A stretch of 64,000 bases of DNA, taken from NCBI GenBank assembly GCA_035250975.1, contig DATFEP010000047.1:1-64000 (forward strand), written 5' to 3'. The notes under the pieces are model-generated. The model was not told the DNA's origin, did no database searches, and was given only the letters and a program-made list of their open reading frames with translations. Both the position numbers and the translations under genes were made by a program. Positions 44,603 to 55,907 of this stretch are shown piece after piece. The DNA comes from Nitrososphaeraceae archaeon (lineage in GTDB: Archaea > Thermoproteota > Nitrososphaeria > Nitrososphaerales > Nitrososphaeraceae). Each line of letters opens with the position of its first letter. The first letter of the stretch is position 1.

Positions 44603-45310
44603 ATGATATTCAATGTCATAAGCAACAAATTTCAGTTGAAATTTAAAGATAGAGAATCTTCTGGCAATATCCTAGGTGAAGCATTAAAGGATATAATCAA
44701 AAAAGATGAAAGAAAAAATACGCTTGTGTTGGGTATTCCTCGAGGTGGAGTAATAACTGCAGACATTATCGCAAGGAAGTTACATTGCGAATTTGATATA
44801 ATTATACCTAGGAAGCTTCGTGCACCATCTAACGAAGAGCTTGCAATAGGTGCGATATTGGGAGATGGTACTACCTACCTCAATGAAATCATAGTTAAAA
44901 ATCTAGAAATATCTCCAAAATATATTCAGGATGAAAAATTACATCAATTAGAAGAAATAAAACGTAGAGCTTCTCTATACTGCTTTGGCAATAGAGAATT
45001 TACAAAGTCCGGTAACCTAAATTTTGACAACAAAACTGTTATTTTAGTAGATGATGGAGCTGCCACAGGAGCTACTGTTATTGTAGCAGTTAGATGGATA
45101 AGAGCAAATACAAATCCACATCGTTTTATACTTGCTATTCCTATAGCGCCAAAATATACTGTAAATTTATTAAAAGGTGAGAACATTGACCACATTGAAG
45201 TTATTACATGTCCTGATTTGAATTTTAAATCATTAGAACAATATTATAATAATTTTAGCCAAGTTACAGATAGACAAGTTATTGATATCATTACCAGTTA
45301 TAAGAAATAA
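44603..45310 (+). CDS. Type I phosphoribosyltransferase-like protein
   Basis: FKDR, LGIPRGGV, PRKLRAP..ELAIGA, VILVDDGAATGAT (PRPP loop), F.QVTD. Confidence 0.9.
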   Translation: MIFNVISNKFQLKFKDRESSGNILGEALKDIIKKDERKNTLVLGIPRGGVITADIIARKLHCEFDIIIPRKLRAPSNEELAIGAILGDGTTYLNEIIVKNLEISPKYIQDEKLHQLEEIKRRASLYCFGNREFTKSGNLNFDNKTVILVDDGAATGATVIVAVRWIRANTNPHRFILAIPIAPKYTVNLLKGENIDHIEVITCPDLNFKSLEQYYNNFSQVTDRQVIDIITSYKK

Positions 45311-46000
45311 GCTGATCAAGTAGATTATGTCTATTTATATTTAGTCTCAAATGGACATTATTATTCAATGGATATTATTATTTACATCTATTAATGTATA
45401 CGGTTCAGACAAGTTCAAAATCTCTCTTTTAGTAATTCTCAATGTATTATGCTGACAATCCTTATGTTGTATATAGACTGAATCCTACATTATATTTTTT
45501 TATAACCAGTTCCTTTTAACTATGTCACCACAACTGTTACGAAAAAGAAGCGAGATCTCTGCTCTGCTCTCGGACCCTCCGAAGATATTTTTTGTCGTTC
45601 CATTCTTCTTTAATTGTGTTGGTTAACTCGTAGTAAAAATCCTTTCACGCTTAGACTGTTAATCATTACAAATACTGATTCAAGAATAGATTCGGTCATA
45701 AGCCTAATAAGAAATCTTTATTAATTTGAATATTATTAAAACTACAATGAGAAAATTATTAGCAACAATTAAGGCATTTTGTAGCGGTAGAGTGTCTGTA
45801 GATTTAGTGGATAAAACTCATATTTCAAGAACACCTGGCGATGTAACAAATGTTGGTCATAACTGATTTATATAGGTAGAACATACCTATGCAACATAAT
45901 TTTTCATTAGAACTAAAAGCTTTTAATTATAATTTTTGACTTGCATACGAGATGACGACTAAAATTTCAATTAATCTAATCTCGATAAAAATGATTTTCT

Positions 46001-47422
46001 CTACCTATTCTGAATTTTCTGATAATGTTTTTTTGCTCTTCTTCCCATAAATAAGTCTGTACTGGTAAATAATTTTGCAATTTCAAAAGTTTCAAGACCC
46101 GGTACTATTGCTCTTACAACTGGTATTCCAATATCACTGTTAGTCAAATCAACAATTATAGCCCTCTTCAATCCTGCCTTCTTTAACCGATTTAAAACAA
46201 GTTTGATATCATCTCGGATATCTTTTTTTACATATGTTTCAATTTCCGAAAACCTAATAGTTTTGTTGTTATTTTTGTAAGTGTTTGATGATGATGTGGA
46301 CATGAATTCCCATTTTCTTTTGTATATCTCGTCCTTATCTCTATACTGTATTTTTTTAAAATCATCTCTTGCACCTTGAATATTAGCTGCTCTTGTTTGT
46401 GAAAGTTCTGTTATCGCGCGTATCAGCGCAATTCTAGAATCAAGATGTGTTCCATAACCTTTAGCGAAATATCCATAATCGCTAGTTATCCATTCAACAC
46501 TACTTGCAACGAATGTAGGAATACCAATATCTTTTTGTGTGATATCTTTTATCAATAAAGAAATATTAGCATCAATAAATCTTTTGACTAAAAATTTAAT
46601 AGGTTTAAACTCGTCTGCAATTTCAGAAATATTGACATTAGGGTAAATGCTTGAATCGTCCACAAACTTATCTTCAGGAATTTGTTCAATTAGACATACA
46701 TTATATTCTTTTCTTAATGATTTTAGTATATTTTCTAATATGCTATATGGTATGGAAGATGAACACAAATCAGCTATACTTACGGCGTCTCTCTCAATAA
46801 CTTCAAATAATGCGTGACATATAGCTTCTTCCAGTACATTACCCGATGCAAGCCCGTTAGTATGAGAATATAAAAATGCGTTAGTAGACGGAGGTTTTGC
46901 AGAAAATTTTGATAATACAAGTTGGGCTGGAACCAAAATCTCTTCATTGTTTAGCAGATCAAACCCTGGCAGATAATCGATAATTGATTCTTTGTCATTA
47001 TAGGTTGGTACAATAGCTTCTATTACCTCATTAGGATGCAATACCTTTTTATATATTTTTGATAAGTCTAAATAAGTTCCCTGAATAAAATTTTTGGAAA
47101 GGGTACTGGGCAGAGAAAAATATCTTTCTATTGATTCCATTAAAGCACTAACTATTGCATGCATTTTTGTTGGTCCTTTGCCGCTGTATACCCATATTGA
47201 GTCTTCTGTATCAGGCAATATTGCACTATAGTTAGGTATGTACAACTTGTCCAGAAAAGTAATATCTGAAATTCTTGTAATACCAATCTTTCTACAGATT
47301 GGAATAATTTGAGTTAGAGTATCCTCCAGTGACTTGACTCTTGTTGATGCATTACCATCGTCTGGAGTATATTTTTTTACACTCCTAAGATGTATTGACG
47401 ATGATAAGGATGACTTCAACAT
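46001..47422 (-). CDS. ycaO: YcaO-family ATP-dependent backbone-modifying enzyme
   Basis: GITRISDITFLD, SGKG, ALMESIER, TNGLASGN, ALFEVIERDA, RAITELSQTR, GARDD, VVRAIVPGLE; no C-terminal PxP. Confidence 0.92.
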   Translation of the reverse strand: MLKSSLSSSIHLRSVKKYTPDDGNASTRVKSLEDTLTQIIPICRKIGITRISDITFLDKLYIPNYSAILPDTEDSIWVYSGKGPTKMHAIVSALMESIERYFSLPSTLSKNFIQGTYLDLSKIYKKVLHPNEVIEAIVPTYNDKESIIDYLPGFDLLNNEEILVPAQLVLSKFSAKPPSTNAFLYSHTNGLASGNVLEEAICHALFEVIERDAVSIADLCSSSIPYSILENILKSLRKEYNVCLIEQIPEDKFVDDSSIYPNVNISEIADEFKPIKFLVKRFIDANISLLIKDITQKDIGIPTFVASSVEWITSDYGYFAKGYGTHLDSRIALIRAITELSQTRAANIQGARDDFKKIQYRDKDEIYKRKWEFMSTSSSNTYKNNNKTIRFSEIETYVKKDIRDDIKLVLNRLKKAGLKRAIIVDLTNSDIGIPVVRAIVPGLETFEIAKLFTSTDLFMGRRAKKHYQKIQNR

Positions 47423-47856
47423 CGTTAATGTTAGAATAATTCGGTTCTTATCAATTTTGCTGTTCTAGATTTGTTTTAATTAGAAATATTATTATGGAAA
47501 TAATATCTCTCAAATTATAGTCAAAAAAAGATTGAGATCATATCAAATACTAGAACAAAAGATTTTACAAATCTACATAACCTGTATTAAGAATTAATGT
47601 TATATAGAATATCATACAATTCTGGAAATAACTCAAGTGCTTTTTATCTCAGAATCGTTGTATATCCAAATTATATCTTAAGAAATCACATTCCAAGCAT
47701 GCCTAAAATTTTTAATTCTTAACCAATATCAATCATATGAGGACCATACAACAAGGGAATAGTTCAAGATGGCATAATGCATTCTAAACTAGTGATATTT
47801 TGGGCACAATGGTAAAAGACGATTTTTGTGAATTAGATTGACTTACTTTATGATTT

Positions 47857-49224
47857 CTATTTCTTTTCGTTACCCTTCTTTGAATAGTAAAGTTCATTCA
47901 ATACATCATGTAATATTTTCTTTACAGTCTCTTCTTCCAACTGTGGTTCCTCAATTCTTTTTGACAAGCTAGAACGTTGTTGCAAAAATTTTATTTTGTC
48001 TTCAAATTGTTTTTCCATCTGTGACACTCCGATATTCTTTAAAAGACTGAGCTGGCTTTCGGCGCTCTTGTAAAATTCTTTCCTCAGTTTGGCATCCTGC
48101 GATATATGTTGGGCTGAGGTAAAAATTCCAAAAAGAAGAAGATACGCACCTAGCGGTAAAAATGCTTCTGTTATAAGTCCATATGGTGGATAGATGTGAC
48201 TTCGCAATGGTGCTATTTCAATGGAAGAAAAAAGTATCAACATACCGATGGAACATATAAGAAGAGATTTGTAAACTCGATCATGGTGAATTAATGAAGA
48301 AGCAGTCCAAAAAGATAGACTGAATAATAATGCCCCAACTTGTTTTGTAGCGCTAAAGATTAGAACATATATTATGCTAAAAACCACGGGAGAGGATAGT
48401 AACAAGACGAAAAATACGTCTCCAAAATAATTCTGAAAAGGAAACATATAATATATCAATGGTATGCTCATCAGTGAGAAAAATCTTATTCGACCCATCT
48501 TATGTCGATACTGACCCAGAAGTATCGCTGTAGCTACCCACATAAGTAAGAATGAAGAAAGAGACAGAATATCATATACTACGGATAATGATTCAGTAAT
48601 TGGTGACCCCGGAAGGTTTACTATATATGAAGTGATAGGATACGGTTTTACATCGGGTAATGTTGAAAATGAAAAATACGATTCAATATATATGAGAGAG
48701 ACCACAAGGTTGACAGAAGCGAGTGAGAAGGCTATGGTATACAACATGATTATATAATTTCTTTTGGAAGTTAACCAACCTACAAACATAAAAACTAGGA
48801 ACGAGAGAAATATCAATGCGGAAAGATAACTAAGATACGTTTGGACCTCTAACAAAATGAGACTGTATTTATTTAGAAATAACATTTGGACAATAATAAT
48901 TAATATGATGGAGCCAGTCAAGATCATAGTAACACTAACCATCATTTGAAGATACCTAAGACTTAGCGGCATTGCCTGGTATGAGTCTCTTGAGGTAATC
49001 TTTCTCACATAATTCAGCAGGATGGGACTACTTATTAGAAACAGTATGGAAAAGATGAGAAAAATCCCAACATTTAGCCACATCGGGATCCTGACTCCAC
49101 TGTACGAAGAAAAGTCTACAATCGTTGATTCAAATACCATAACAGTTGTGAAAATTAAAATGAAGAAAAGTGAGCTTCTTTTAGTTAGCTCTACAGTGGC
49201 TAAACTAATAATTTTTTCCTTCAT
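47857..49224 (-). CDS. Polytopic membrane protein with a cytoplasmic C-terminal tail
   Basis: About 10 hydrophobic segments and a charged tail (LLKNIGVSQME); no known family assigned. Confidence 0.8.
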   Translation of the reverse strand: MKEKIISLATVELTKRSSLFFILIFTTVMVFESTIVDFSSYSGVRIPMWLNVGIFLIFSILFLISSPILLNYVRKITSRDSYQAMPLSLRYLQMMVSVTMILTGSIILIIIVQMLFLNKYSLILLEVQTYLSYLSALIFLSFLVFMFVGWLTSKRNYIIMLYTIAFSLASVNLVVSLIYIESYFSFSTLPDVKPYPITSYIVNLPGSPITESLSVVYDILSLSSFLLMWVATAILLGQYRHKMGRIRFFSLMSIPLIYYMFPFQNYFGDVFFVLLLSSPVVFSIIYVLIFSATKQVGALLFSLSFWTASSLIHHDRVYKSLLICSIGMLILFSSIEIAPLRSHIYPPYGLITEAFLPLGAYLLLFGIFTSAQHISQDAKLRKEFYKSAESQLSLLKNIGVSQMEKQFEDKIKFLQQRSSLSKRIEEPQLEEETVKKILHDVLNELYYSKKGNEKK

Positions 49225-49337
49225 TTTACGAAATAGAATATCTTAGCAAGCTGCTATATAAATAAGAATCGTATTCCACTAGTTTAGGTTATCGAAAATA
49301 ATAATAATAACAGGAACATTAATGATTTAATAAATCC

Positions 49338-50150
49338 ATGAATAGCAATAGCATCTTTTGTACGGTTAAGAAACTTGGGGGATCAAATTTTATCTTCAGC
49401 ACATTCTTGCTTTTCTCAATTTTTTTTGCAATTTTTGGACTCAATAGTGTATATGCGACAATTGAACTGTTTTCAAAAGACGAGAAACCATTTGCCGTAC
49501 CTTATGATGATTGGGTTTCCAGATATTTTAATTGGGACTTTTCTATGAATATAGATGAATTTACTCCAAAACTGGACGGATGCATTATCGATAAATCAGC
49601 TGAAATGGTTATGCTACTGAACACGATAGCTGATGGATCTATTCATCAGGTATGTGAGATCTCGCCTAAACAGGGGATCATGATACCCATGTGGATCGCA
49701 TGGTGCGACATGGGAACTGATCGACCACATATTCAAAATCCGAATTTTAATCTAGATGAACAATTAACGAAATGTGCGAGAGAAGTATACAACTTAGGAA
49801 ACATAAGATCAGAAGTCAAGGTGGATGGAGTTCGAGTTGCCAATCTTGACGTAAAACTGTCTTCCGCATCCGGATCATTGGATTATAAGATAAATTCTCT
49901 AACTAACGTTACCGAATTATATACAGGGGGATTTAACGTTACCCTGCCATCTGATACCCATCAAGCAGGTGTTGAACCAGGTACATGGCGAGCAGGAAGT
50001 CATGGATGGTGGGTCTTTCTAAAGCCACTTCCTCCCGGAGAGCATACAATATCTTACAACGTTCGTATAACTCCAACAGGTGCCCTCACTTCAGCTGGTA
50101 CTAGTCCACATTTCGCAGATATTACATACTCTCTTCAAGTAGTGAAGTAA
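49338..50150 (+). CDS. Uncharacterised family paralog 3 (secreted)
   Basis: Signal/TM N-terminus; [16 protein letters not shown]...[17 protein letters not shown]...DITYSLQV. Confidence 0.8.
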   Translation: MNSNSIFCTVKKLGGSNFIFSTFLLFSIFFAIFGLNSVYATIELFSKDEKPFAVPYDDWVSRYFNWDFSMNIDEFTPKLDGCIIDKSAEMVMLLNTIADGSIHQVCEISPKQGIMIPMWIAWCDMGTDRPHIQNPNFNLDEQLTKCAREVYNLGNIRSEVKVDGVRVANLDVKLSSASGSLDYKINSLTNVTELYTGGFNVTLPSDTHQAGVEPGTWRAGSHGWWVFLKPLPPGEHTISYNVRITPTGALTSAGTSPHFADITYSLQVVK

Positions 50151-50367
50151 GCGTCCTCGTAACACTTTTAATTATCATTTAAATAAAACTACTATGATGT
50201 ATCTGTTACATATATGATTCCTTATTACTGGATAATAAGCTATATCTATGATCTAAGCTAATAAGATCAATTATTAGTTCTTAAATGTAATAAAAGTAGC
50301 AGATTATGAATTTTAAACAGAATTAAAACATTTTAGAATATTAAAAATATCACGTCATTACAACAGA

Positions 50368-50997
50368 CTAATTACTTTGGATTTTCAGTCTGTAGTCCGC
50401 ACCAGAAGATAGTCTTCCATTTTCACATGAACCACGAAAAGATAACAAATACTCTCCAGGAGGCAGAGGTTTCAAAAATATCCAATAGCCGTCAGCACAT
50501 GCAATGGTATCTCCTCCATTCACGTTATAAACATTATCGCCATTTAGATTAACCTTAAATATAAGTGGGTCTGATTTGACACGCTGAGACGGTATGTATC
50601 TATCATTTAGAAGACATGTTTTTTGTACGATAGTATTTTCATCTCTCGTTACATGATCTATGAGATTCTGTTCAGTCTTTAAATCTGGGTATTCAATAGG
50701 ATTGGCTTCACAGTTAATTACTGGAAATAGAATTGATCTCCCAAATGGTATCATGCAATTTCTCAAAGGAAAACTTTTATTTTCACTACCAAGTTTTCCA
50801 GCTAAAAACCATACATGTTCAGCAGGCTGGTTTACATTAGAATTTGCTCCAGACTCGTCTACTAATGGATTACATGACTTCGGAGTTGATAAAACCCATT
50901 GCCACCATTTTACTGTCCATTGACCATAAGAAATACCATACGGATAAGATTCGCTACTGAACCAAGATATATCTAGCTGAGAATTTTTATCTGTCAT
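50368..50997 (-). CDS. Uncharacterised family paralog 4
   Basis: [60 protein letters not shown]. Confidence 0.85.
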   Translation of the reverse strand: MTDKNSQLDISWFSSESYPYGISYGQWTVKWWQWVLSTPKSCNPLVDESGANSNVNQPAEHVWFLAGKLGSENKSFPLRNCMIPFGRSILFPVINCEANPIEYPDLKTEQNLIDHVTRDENTIVQKTCLLNDRYIPSQRVKSDPLIFKVNLNGDNVYNVNGGDTIACADGYWIFLKPLPPGEYLLSFRGSCENGRLSSGADYRLKIQSN

Positions 50998-51428
50998 TAT
51001 AATAAAGTAAATCTAATAATAATAAATATCTATTTACCGCAAATCACAATAAGCAAAAATGTGAAACAAAATCAAATATTTAATATAACATATGGATACG
51101 AACATCCAAAAAATATTACGATTCTATAATCGGCTTCAATAACAAAGGGTTTCTGTTGGTTACATATTAAAAAGCTGTTTACTTAAACTATATTATAAAT
51201 AAATTCAAATGGCAATAAATACATAATTAGGTACTTTCAATAAAATATATATTAAATCATTTGATTATCAAAAATAATTTTATCGAGCAATGAATATTTC
51301 TGGTCGCTAGAAAGGTTTAAAATAGCTAGATCCATTAATCTCAAAAAGTTGTATAAAGTGTCAATCTTAAAATTCAAATATCTTATTATTTGAAAGATAG
51401 GGAAGATGAACTTGAATTAGAAATATAT

Positions 51429-51644
51429 TTATTTTGATTCAATTTTCCAACAGATCCAATTTATGACCTCAATCCTGATGTTATATACTTCGTTGTAAAT
51501 AATACTTTGTTTTTCTAAAGCCATTATTGGCATTTCAAGAATTGCTAATTTCCGATGTATACTATTACTGCATAAAAATGCAGAACGTTGATCCTTCAAG
51601 TTAGACATTATATAATCCATTACAGAATAATAGGTCTGATTCAA
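51429..51644 (-). CDS. Small helical hypothetical protein
   Basis: 71-aa ORF with a TTG start; protein-like but unassigned. Confidence 0.45.
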   Translation of the reverse strand: MNQTYYSVMDYIMSNLKDQRSAFLCSNSIHRKLAILEMPIMALEKQSIIYNEVYNIRIEVINWICWKIESK

Positions 51645-51693
51645 TATCTATCTTCTTTGCACTGAATAATAAAGAAATAAATTAAAAAATAAA

Positions 51694-52752
51694 ATGAATT
51701 TAGACGATGTTCCTTCATATACATATTTTCTTCATATTTGTTTAAATTTACATTTAGTTCACAATACCCAATATCTATATTTAATAGAGCAAACCATCTT
51801 AGATAGTGTAATGATTTTTCAAAATAAAAAAATTATTTCATTTTTACCTAGCGCAACAGAAATACTTTATGAAATAGGATGCAGTTCTCAAATAGTGGGT
51901 GTTACACATGAGTGCAAATATCCAGAAGATGCAAAAACAAAACCTAAAGTGATAAATTCTTCCTTTGATGCTTCAGCTATGACAAGCAAGGAAATAGATA
52001 AGAAAATTGTTGAATTATTTAGCAAAGGAATGGACATATATGTCGTAAATGACAAGGTGTTAACAAATCTAAAACCTGACCTAATAGTAGCACAGGGAAT
52101 ATGTGAAGTATGTTCCCCATTTACAAAAGAGATCAAACGGGCTATTTCAGTGTTAGGATATAATCCAGATGTTCTTATCCTCGATCCTCGCAATCTAAAA
52201 GATATTTTGACTAATATAGAAGAAATAGCCAAAAAAGTAGATAAAGTGAAAGAAGGTCAAAAATTGATAGAATCTCTTACAAAAAAGATTAGTTTGATAC
52301 AGAAAATAATTGAAACGAAAAACAAAGTAAATTTACAGAGAGTACTATGTTTAGAGTGGATTGATCCATTTTTTACTGCAGGACACTGGATTCCAGAGAT
52401 GGTAGAAATAGCTGGCGGGATAAATGGTTTAAGTAAAACTGGAGAACAATCAAGACGTACTACAATGCAGGAGATAAAAGATTTTGATCCCGATAAAATT
52501 ATTCTCATGCCATGTGGATTTGATACAGAGAGAACTTTAATAGAATACAATAGAACAATAAAGAAAGATATCGGATGGAATTCTTTGACGGCGGTAAAAA
52601 ATGGTAAGATATATGTTGTAGATGCAGGTTCATATTTCAGTAAACCAGGACCAAGAACATTTTCTGGAGTTGAGATCTTGGCAAAGATAATTCATCCACA
52701 ATACTTTAATCACATTACGGTTCCTTCGAATTCTTTTCTGAGGCTTGATTGA
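51694..52752 (+). CDS. Cobalamin/iron-siderophore binding protein (BtuF-like); real start probably 51811
   Basis: KIISFLPSATEILY, VGVTHEC, PDLIVAQGICEVC, EWIDPFFTAGHW.PEM, YFSKPGPR. Confidence 0.88.
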   Translation: MNLDDVPSYTYFLHICLNLHLVHNTQYLYLIEQTILDSVMIFQNKKIISFLPSATEILYEIGCSSQIVGVTHECKYPEDAKTKPKVINSSFDASAMTSKEIDKKIVELFSKGMDIYVVNDKVLTNLKPDLIVAQGICEVCSPFTKEIKRAISVLGYNPDVLILDPRNLKDILTNIEEIAKKVDKVKEGQKLIESLTKKISLIQKIIETKNKVNLQRVLCLEWIDPFFTAGHWIPEMVEIAGGINGLSKTGEQSRRTTMQEIKDFDPDKIILMPCGFDTERTLIEYNRTIKKDIGWNSLTAVKNGKIYVVDAGSYFSKPGPRTFSGVEILAKIIHPQYFNHITVPSNSFLRLD

Positions 52753-52868
52753 TCATACAAGATATTTCTATTAACATGGCATCATTGTGTATCCAAATAA
52801 CAGTAATATATATACATTGTGACCTCCAATAGGTATTATTGAGATTTTCCCAGCCATCAAATTTGAAT

Positions 52869-53618
52869 TTATAATCTATTATCGTCTGAGTGGATTGAAT
52901 ATTTTTTCTTTATCTTTATGTACTTATCTAGATCATCATAAGTATTGATATACCTTGATGCACTTATTACATCCCGTACATTCCTAGATCCCAATTCATC
53001 CCAAACTGCGCTAATTATTTTCTGTTTCAAATCTTGATTTTTTACTTTTACTACTTTATTACAAATACTGTTAAAATCCTCAAATGTATATTGTGGCAAG
53101 TCATATCTATCAAACCTATCTCGCAATGGCTCTATCAATTTTGAAAGCTCGTTACAGGTAGCAAATACTTTTAGAAAACTAAATTTTATCTCCCTGTGAT
53201 TTCCTGACCTCGTATCAATTATCCTACCATCCTGCAGCAGGTTTAACAATATCTCCTGATCAATCTTTTTTAACCTGGATATTTCATCTAACAATAATAT
53301 CTTTAGTCGATTTCTATTTTCAAACAAAAGATCTCGCAATCCTGCCTTTGTCATCAAACTACAATCCAAATAAATACAATGTTTATGATAGCTATTCTCT
53401 ATACATTTAAGAAATAACGATTTTCCCATTCCTGGTTTTCCAGATAATAATATCGATGTAGAATATTCCGATAATAACGCAAGTTCTAACAGATCTTTAA
53501 TATCAGTATAACCCACAATCTGACTAAATATATCGTCATTATTTTCATTCTTATTTTGTAAACCAACTGTAACTGAATGTATTTTATCTACAAAAAATAA
53601 TCTACGCAATTGAAACAT
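52869..53618 (-). CDS. AAA+ ATPase
   Basis: Walker A GKPGMGKS, Walker B LLLDEI, sensor ATCN, arginine finger PLRDRF. Confidence 0.88.
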   Translation of the reverse strand: MFQLRRLFFVDKIHSVTVGLQNKNENNDDIFSQIVGYTDIKDLLELALLSEYSTSILLSGKPGMGKSLFLKCIENSYHKHCIYLDCSLMTKAGLRDLLFENRNRLKILLLDEISRLKKIDQEILLNLLQDGRIIDTRSGNHREIKFSFLKVFATCNELSKLIEPLRDRFDRYDLPQYTFEDFNSICNKVVKVKNQDLKQKIISAVWDELGSRNVRDVISASRYINTYDDLDKYIKIKKKYSIHSDDNRL

Positions 53619-53747
53619 TATATTATATGTTTTGTAGATTATAATAAAAATATTTTCAAAAAAATTTTTCTGAAAATTTTTCTTTTCCTTTATTAGAAAT
53701 CCTTAAATCAAAATTATTTTCAAGCTTCAAATCTGGTTAAAATTAAA

Positions 53748-54395
53748 TTATAAAAAAGCACTTACCAACAAATTTACCCCAAATATTCCTATAATGGTAC
53801 TAAAAGATAAGAGAAGGATTCTATAAAATTTTTGTTTAATTATTGATCTTCCCTTAGAGGACATAAAGGATGTTATCCATAACCAAAAGTAATCCATCCA
53901 GATATGTGAAAAGAAAAGAAGGATTATACCACTTAGATAACCAAAATTATTTACTGAATCAGAGACAAGTTTCAACCCGATAGTAGACCACCAAACAAGG
54001 AAAAATGGATTGAGACCTGTGAAAATCATTCCAACCAATATAGCGTTTTTGATTGTATATCTGGAATTTTGATTATTTGTTTCCAAAGATTTATTTTTTA
54101 TTACAGGATAAACCTGTATAAACGAGAAAAATATCATGAATACACCCCCAACTATTCCTATTATTTTCAAAATATCAGAATCGGATATAGACATAGAGGA
54201 AAATTTGCTTATTCCGTAGAATAACAATACTAGTAATGGAAATTCTACCAATGTATGTCCTACAGCAATTTTTAGCCCCATTATGGAACCATATTTACTA
54301 CCATAAAATAGATTCACAAAAAATAAAGGTCCAGGAGAGAAGACTCCAGACGTTGAAACAAGAATAACATAAAAGAAAAATTCTAATGGAGACAT
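53748..54395 (-). CDS. LysE-family translocator
   Basis: SPGPLF, GHTLVEFP and LNPFFLVWW motifs; multiple TMs. Confidence 0.9.
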   Translation of the reverse strand: MSPLEFFFYVILVSTSGVFSPGPLFFVNLFYGSKYGSIMGLKIAVGHTLVEFPLLVLLFYGISKFSSMSISDSDILKIIGIVGGVFMIFFSFIQVYPVIKNKSLETNNQNSRYTIKNAILVGMIFTGLNPFFLVWWSTIGLKLVSDSVNNFGYLSGIILLFFSHIWMDYFWLWITSFMSSKGRSIIKQKFYRILLLSFSTIIGIFGVNLLVSAFL

Positions 54396-54496
54396 TCGAT
54401 TTATCTTATGAAGAATAATGAATAACTATATAACTTGTCTTTTTTGTCACACAAAATTTAAATTCTAATACCCATGTTATTTTTTAATTATTTACT

Positions 54497-55054
54497 TTAC
54501 CATCTACTCTTTAATTTTGAAAACGTATTTTTAAAGTAACCTAATGTTTCATTATCAAGAATGCAAAACTCTACAGTATGAAGAGAAGTTTTATTATTTA
54601 ACAAAAATTTTCCAGTTTCCTTTAAAAGAATTTCTGCACATCTAAGTTTGGGAAAACCAAAGATACCAGAACTGATGGCAGGAATGGAAATAGTTTTGAA
54701 TTCTTTCTTCGTTGCAAGCTGCAACGTATTGTAGATAGATTGAGACAATTTATTATCTTCATTACCTTCTCCCATTCTAGGTCCTACAGTATGAATTATT
54801 GCAGAACATGGCAGGTTCCCAGAGGTTGTAATAACTGAATTTCCTACTGGAACAAATCCTATCTTGTCACTTTCTATCTGGATTATTTTTCCACCTTTCC
54901 TTACTATTGAGCCGGCTACACCACTGCCATGTTTTAAAAAGGAATTTGCAGCATTGACAATTACGTCTACTTTTCTGTCTGTTATATCTCCCTGTACTAT
55001 TATGATTTTTTTATTGTTTGAAAAGCTAAATTCATCTACTAAATGACCAGTCAT
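54497..55054 (-). CDS. Macrodomain ADP-ribose-binding/hydrolase protein
   Basis: QGDIT..VDVIVNAAN..HGSGVAGSI, IIHTVGP, PAISSGIFG. Confidence 0.93.
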   Translation of the reverse strand: MTGHLVDEFSFSNNKKIIIVQGDITDRKVDVIVNAANSFLKHGSGVAGSIVRKGGKIIQIESDKIGFVPVGNSVITTSGNLPCSAIIHTVGPRMGEGNEDNKLSQSIYNTLQLATKKEFKTISIPAISSGIFGFPKLRCAEILLKETGKFLLNNKTSLHTVEFCILDNETLGYFKNTFSKLKSRW

Positions 55055-55166
55055 GAATTAAAATAAAGATTGTTTAATAAATAAATAAACATTCAATTCA
55101 AAGCATATGACCAAATCCCAAAAAATAATAAATTTTGCTTAATACATATGGCAGACCGATATGCAA

Positions 55167-55907
55167 TCAGACATTTTTTATCATTGACAATATCTTAGGC
55201 AGTGTTTCAGTTGCCTTTCCCCGCAAGGAAAAATCCATTAAATTATTAAAAATAGTAGGTTCAGGATTCATTTCTATCAGAGTTGCACCATTTCTTTTAG
55301 CATTCAGAGGTAATGTATTCACAGGACCAACGTTCAATGAAGTTCCCACGATAAACATTACACTACAATTCCCTGAAGATTCCTCCGCTATTTTCCACGT
55401 TTGTTGATCTAATGGTTCTCCAAAGAAGACAATTTCTGGTCTTAGAATATTTCTACATGATTTACATATTGGGGGCAAATCTTGAATATTTTTTATATCT
55501 TGCTGTTGAAATTCACCCTTAAAATTGCAGCCAGTACATTTTATTCGCATTATATTTCCATGAAGTTCAACAATATTTTTGCTGCCAGCTCTTCTATGCA
55601 ATCCATCTATATTTTGTGTCAAAATGGTGGTATTTTTCAACCTTTCAATTTCTGCTATTGTTAAATGTCCAAGATTGGGTTTGCAACCTAAAACCAGTTT
55701 TTGTCTATCCTGATAAAATTCCCACACCAATTTAGGATCCTCATAAAATCCAGATATAGATGCAAGTTTCATGGGATCATATTTTTTCCACAGACCCCCA
55801 GGACCTCTAAAGGTTGGTATACCACTTTCTTCTGATATCCCGGCTCCAGTCAGAAAAACAAAATTATCTGAATTTTTGAGAATGGATTTTAGAGACTCTT
55901 GTGTCAT
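55167..55907 (-). CDS. cobB: Sir2-family NAD-dependent protein deacylase
   Basis: TGAGISEESGIPTFRG, TQNIDGLH, ELHG, CxxC...CxxC, RPEIVFFGE, VGTS. Confidence 0.93.
   Translation of the reverse strand: MTQESLKSILKNSDNFVFLTGAGISEESGIPTFRGPGGLWKKYDPMKLASISGFYEDPKLVWEFYQDRQKLVLGCKPNLGHLTIAEIERLKNTTILTQNIDGLHRRAGSKNIVELHGNIMRIKCTGCNFKGEFQQQDIKNIQDLPPICKSCRNILRPEIVFFGEPLDQQTWKIAEESSGNCSVMFIVGTSLNVGPVNTLPLNAKRNGATLIEMNPEPTIFNNLMDFSLRGKATETLPKILSMIKNV

Noticed and set aside
45400-46000. TfuA gene or RiPP precursor downstream of ycaO
   Set aside because: No TfuA motifs; the short frames I translated lack precursor-like features
55167-55907. Sir2 as an anti-phage NADase (Thoeris/DSR-like)
   Set aside because: It has the canonical Zn-binding CobB deacylase architecture, without TIR, SLOG or HerA partners
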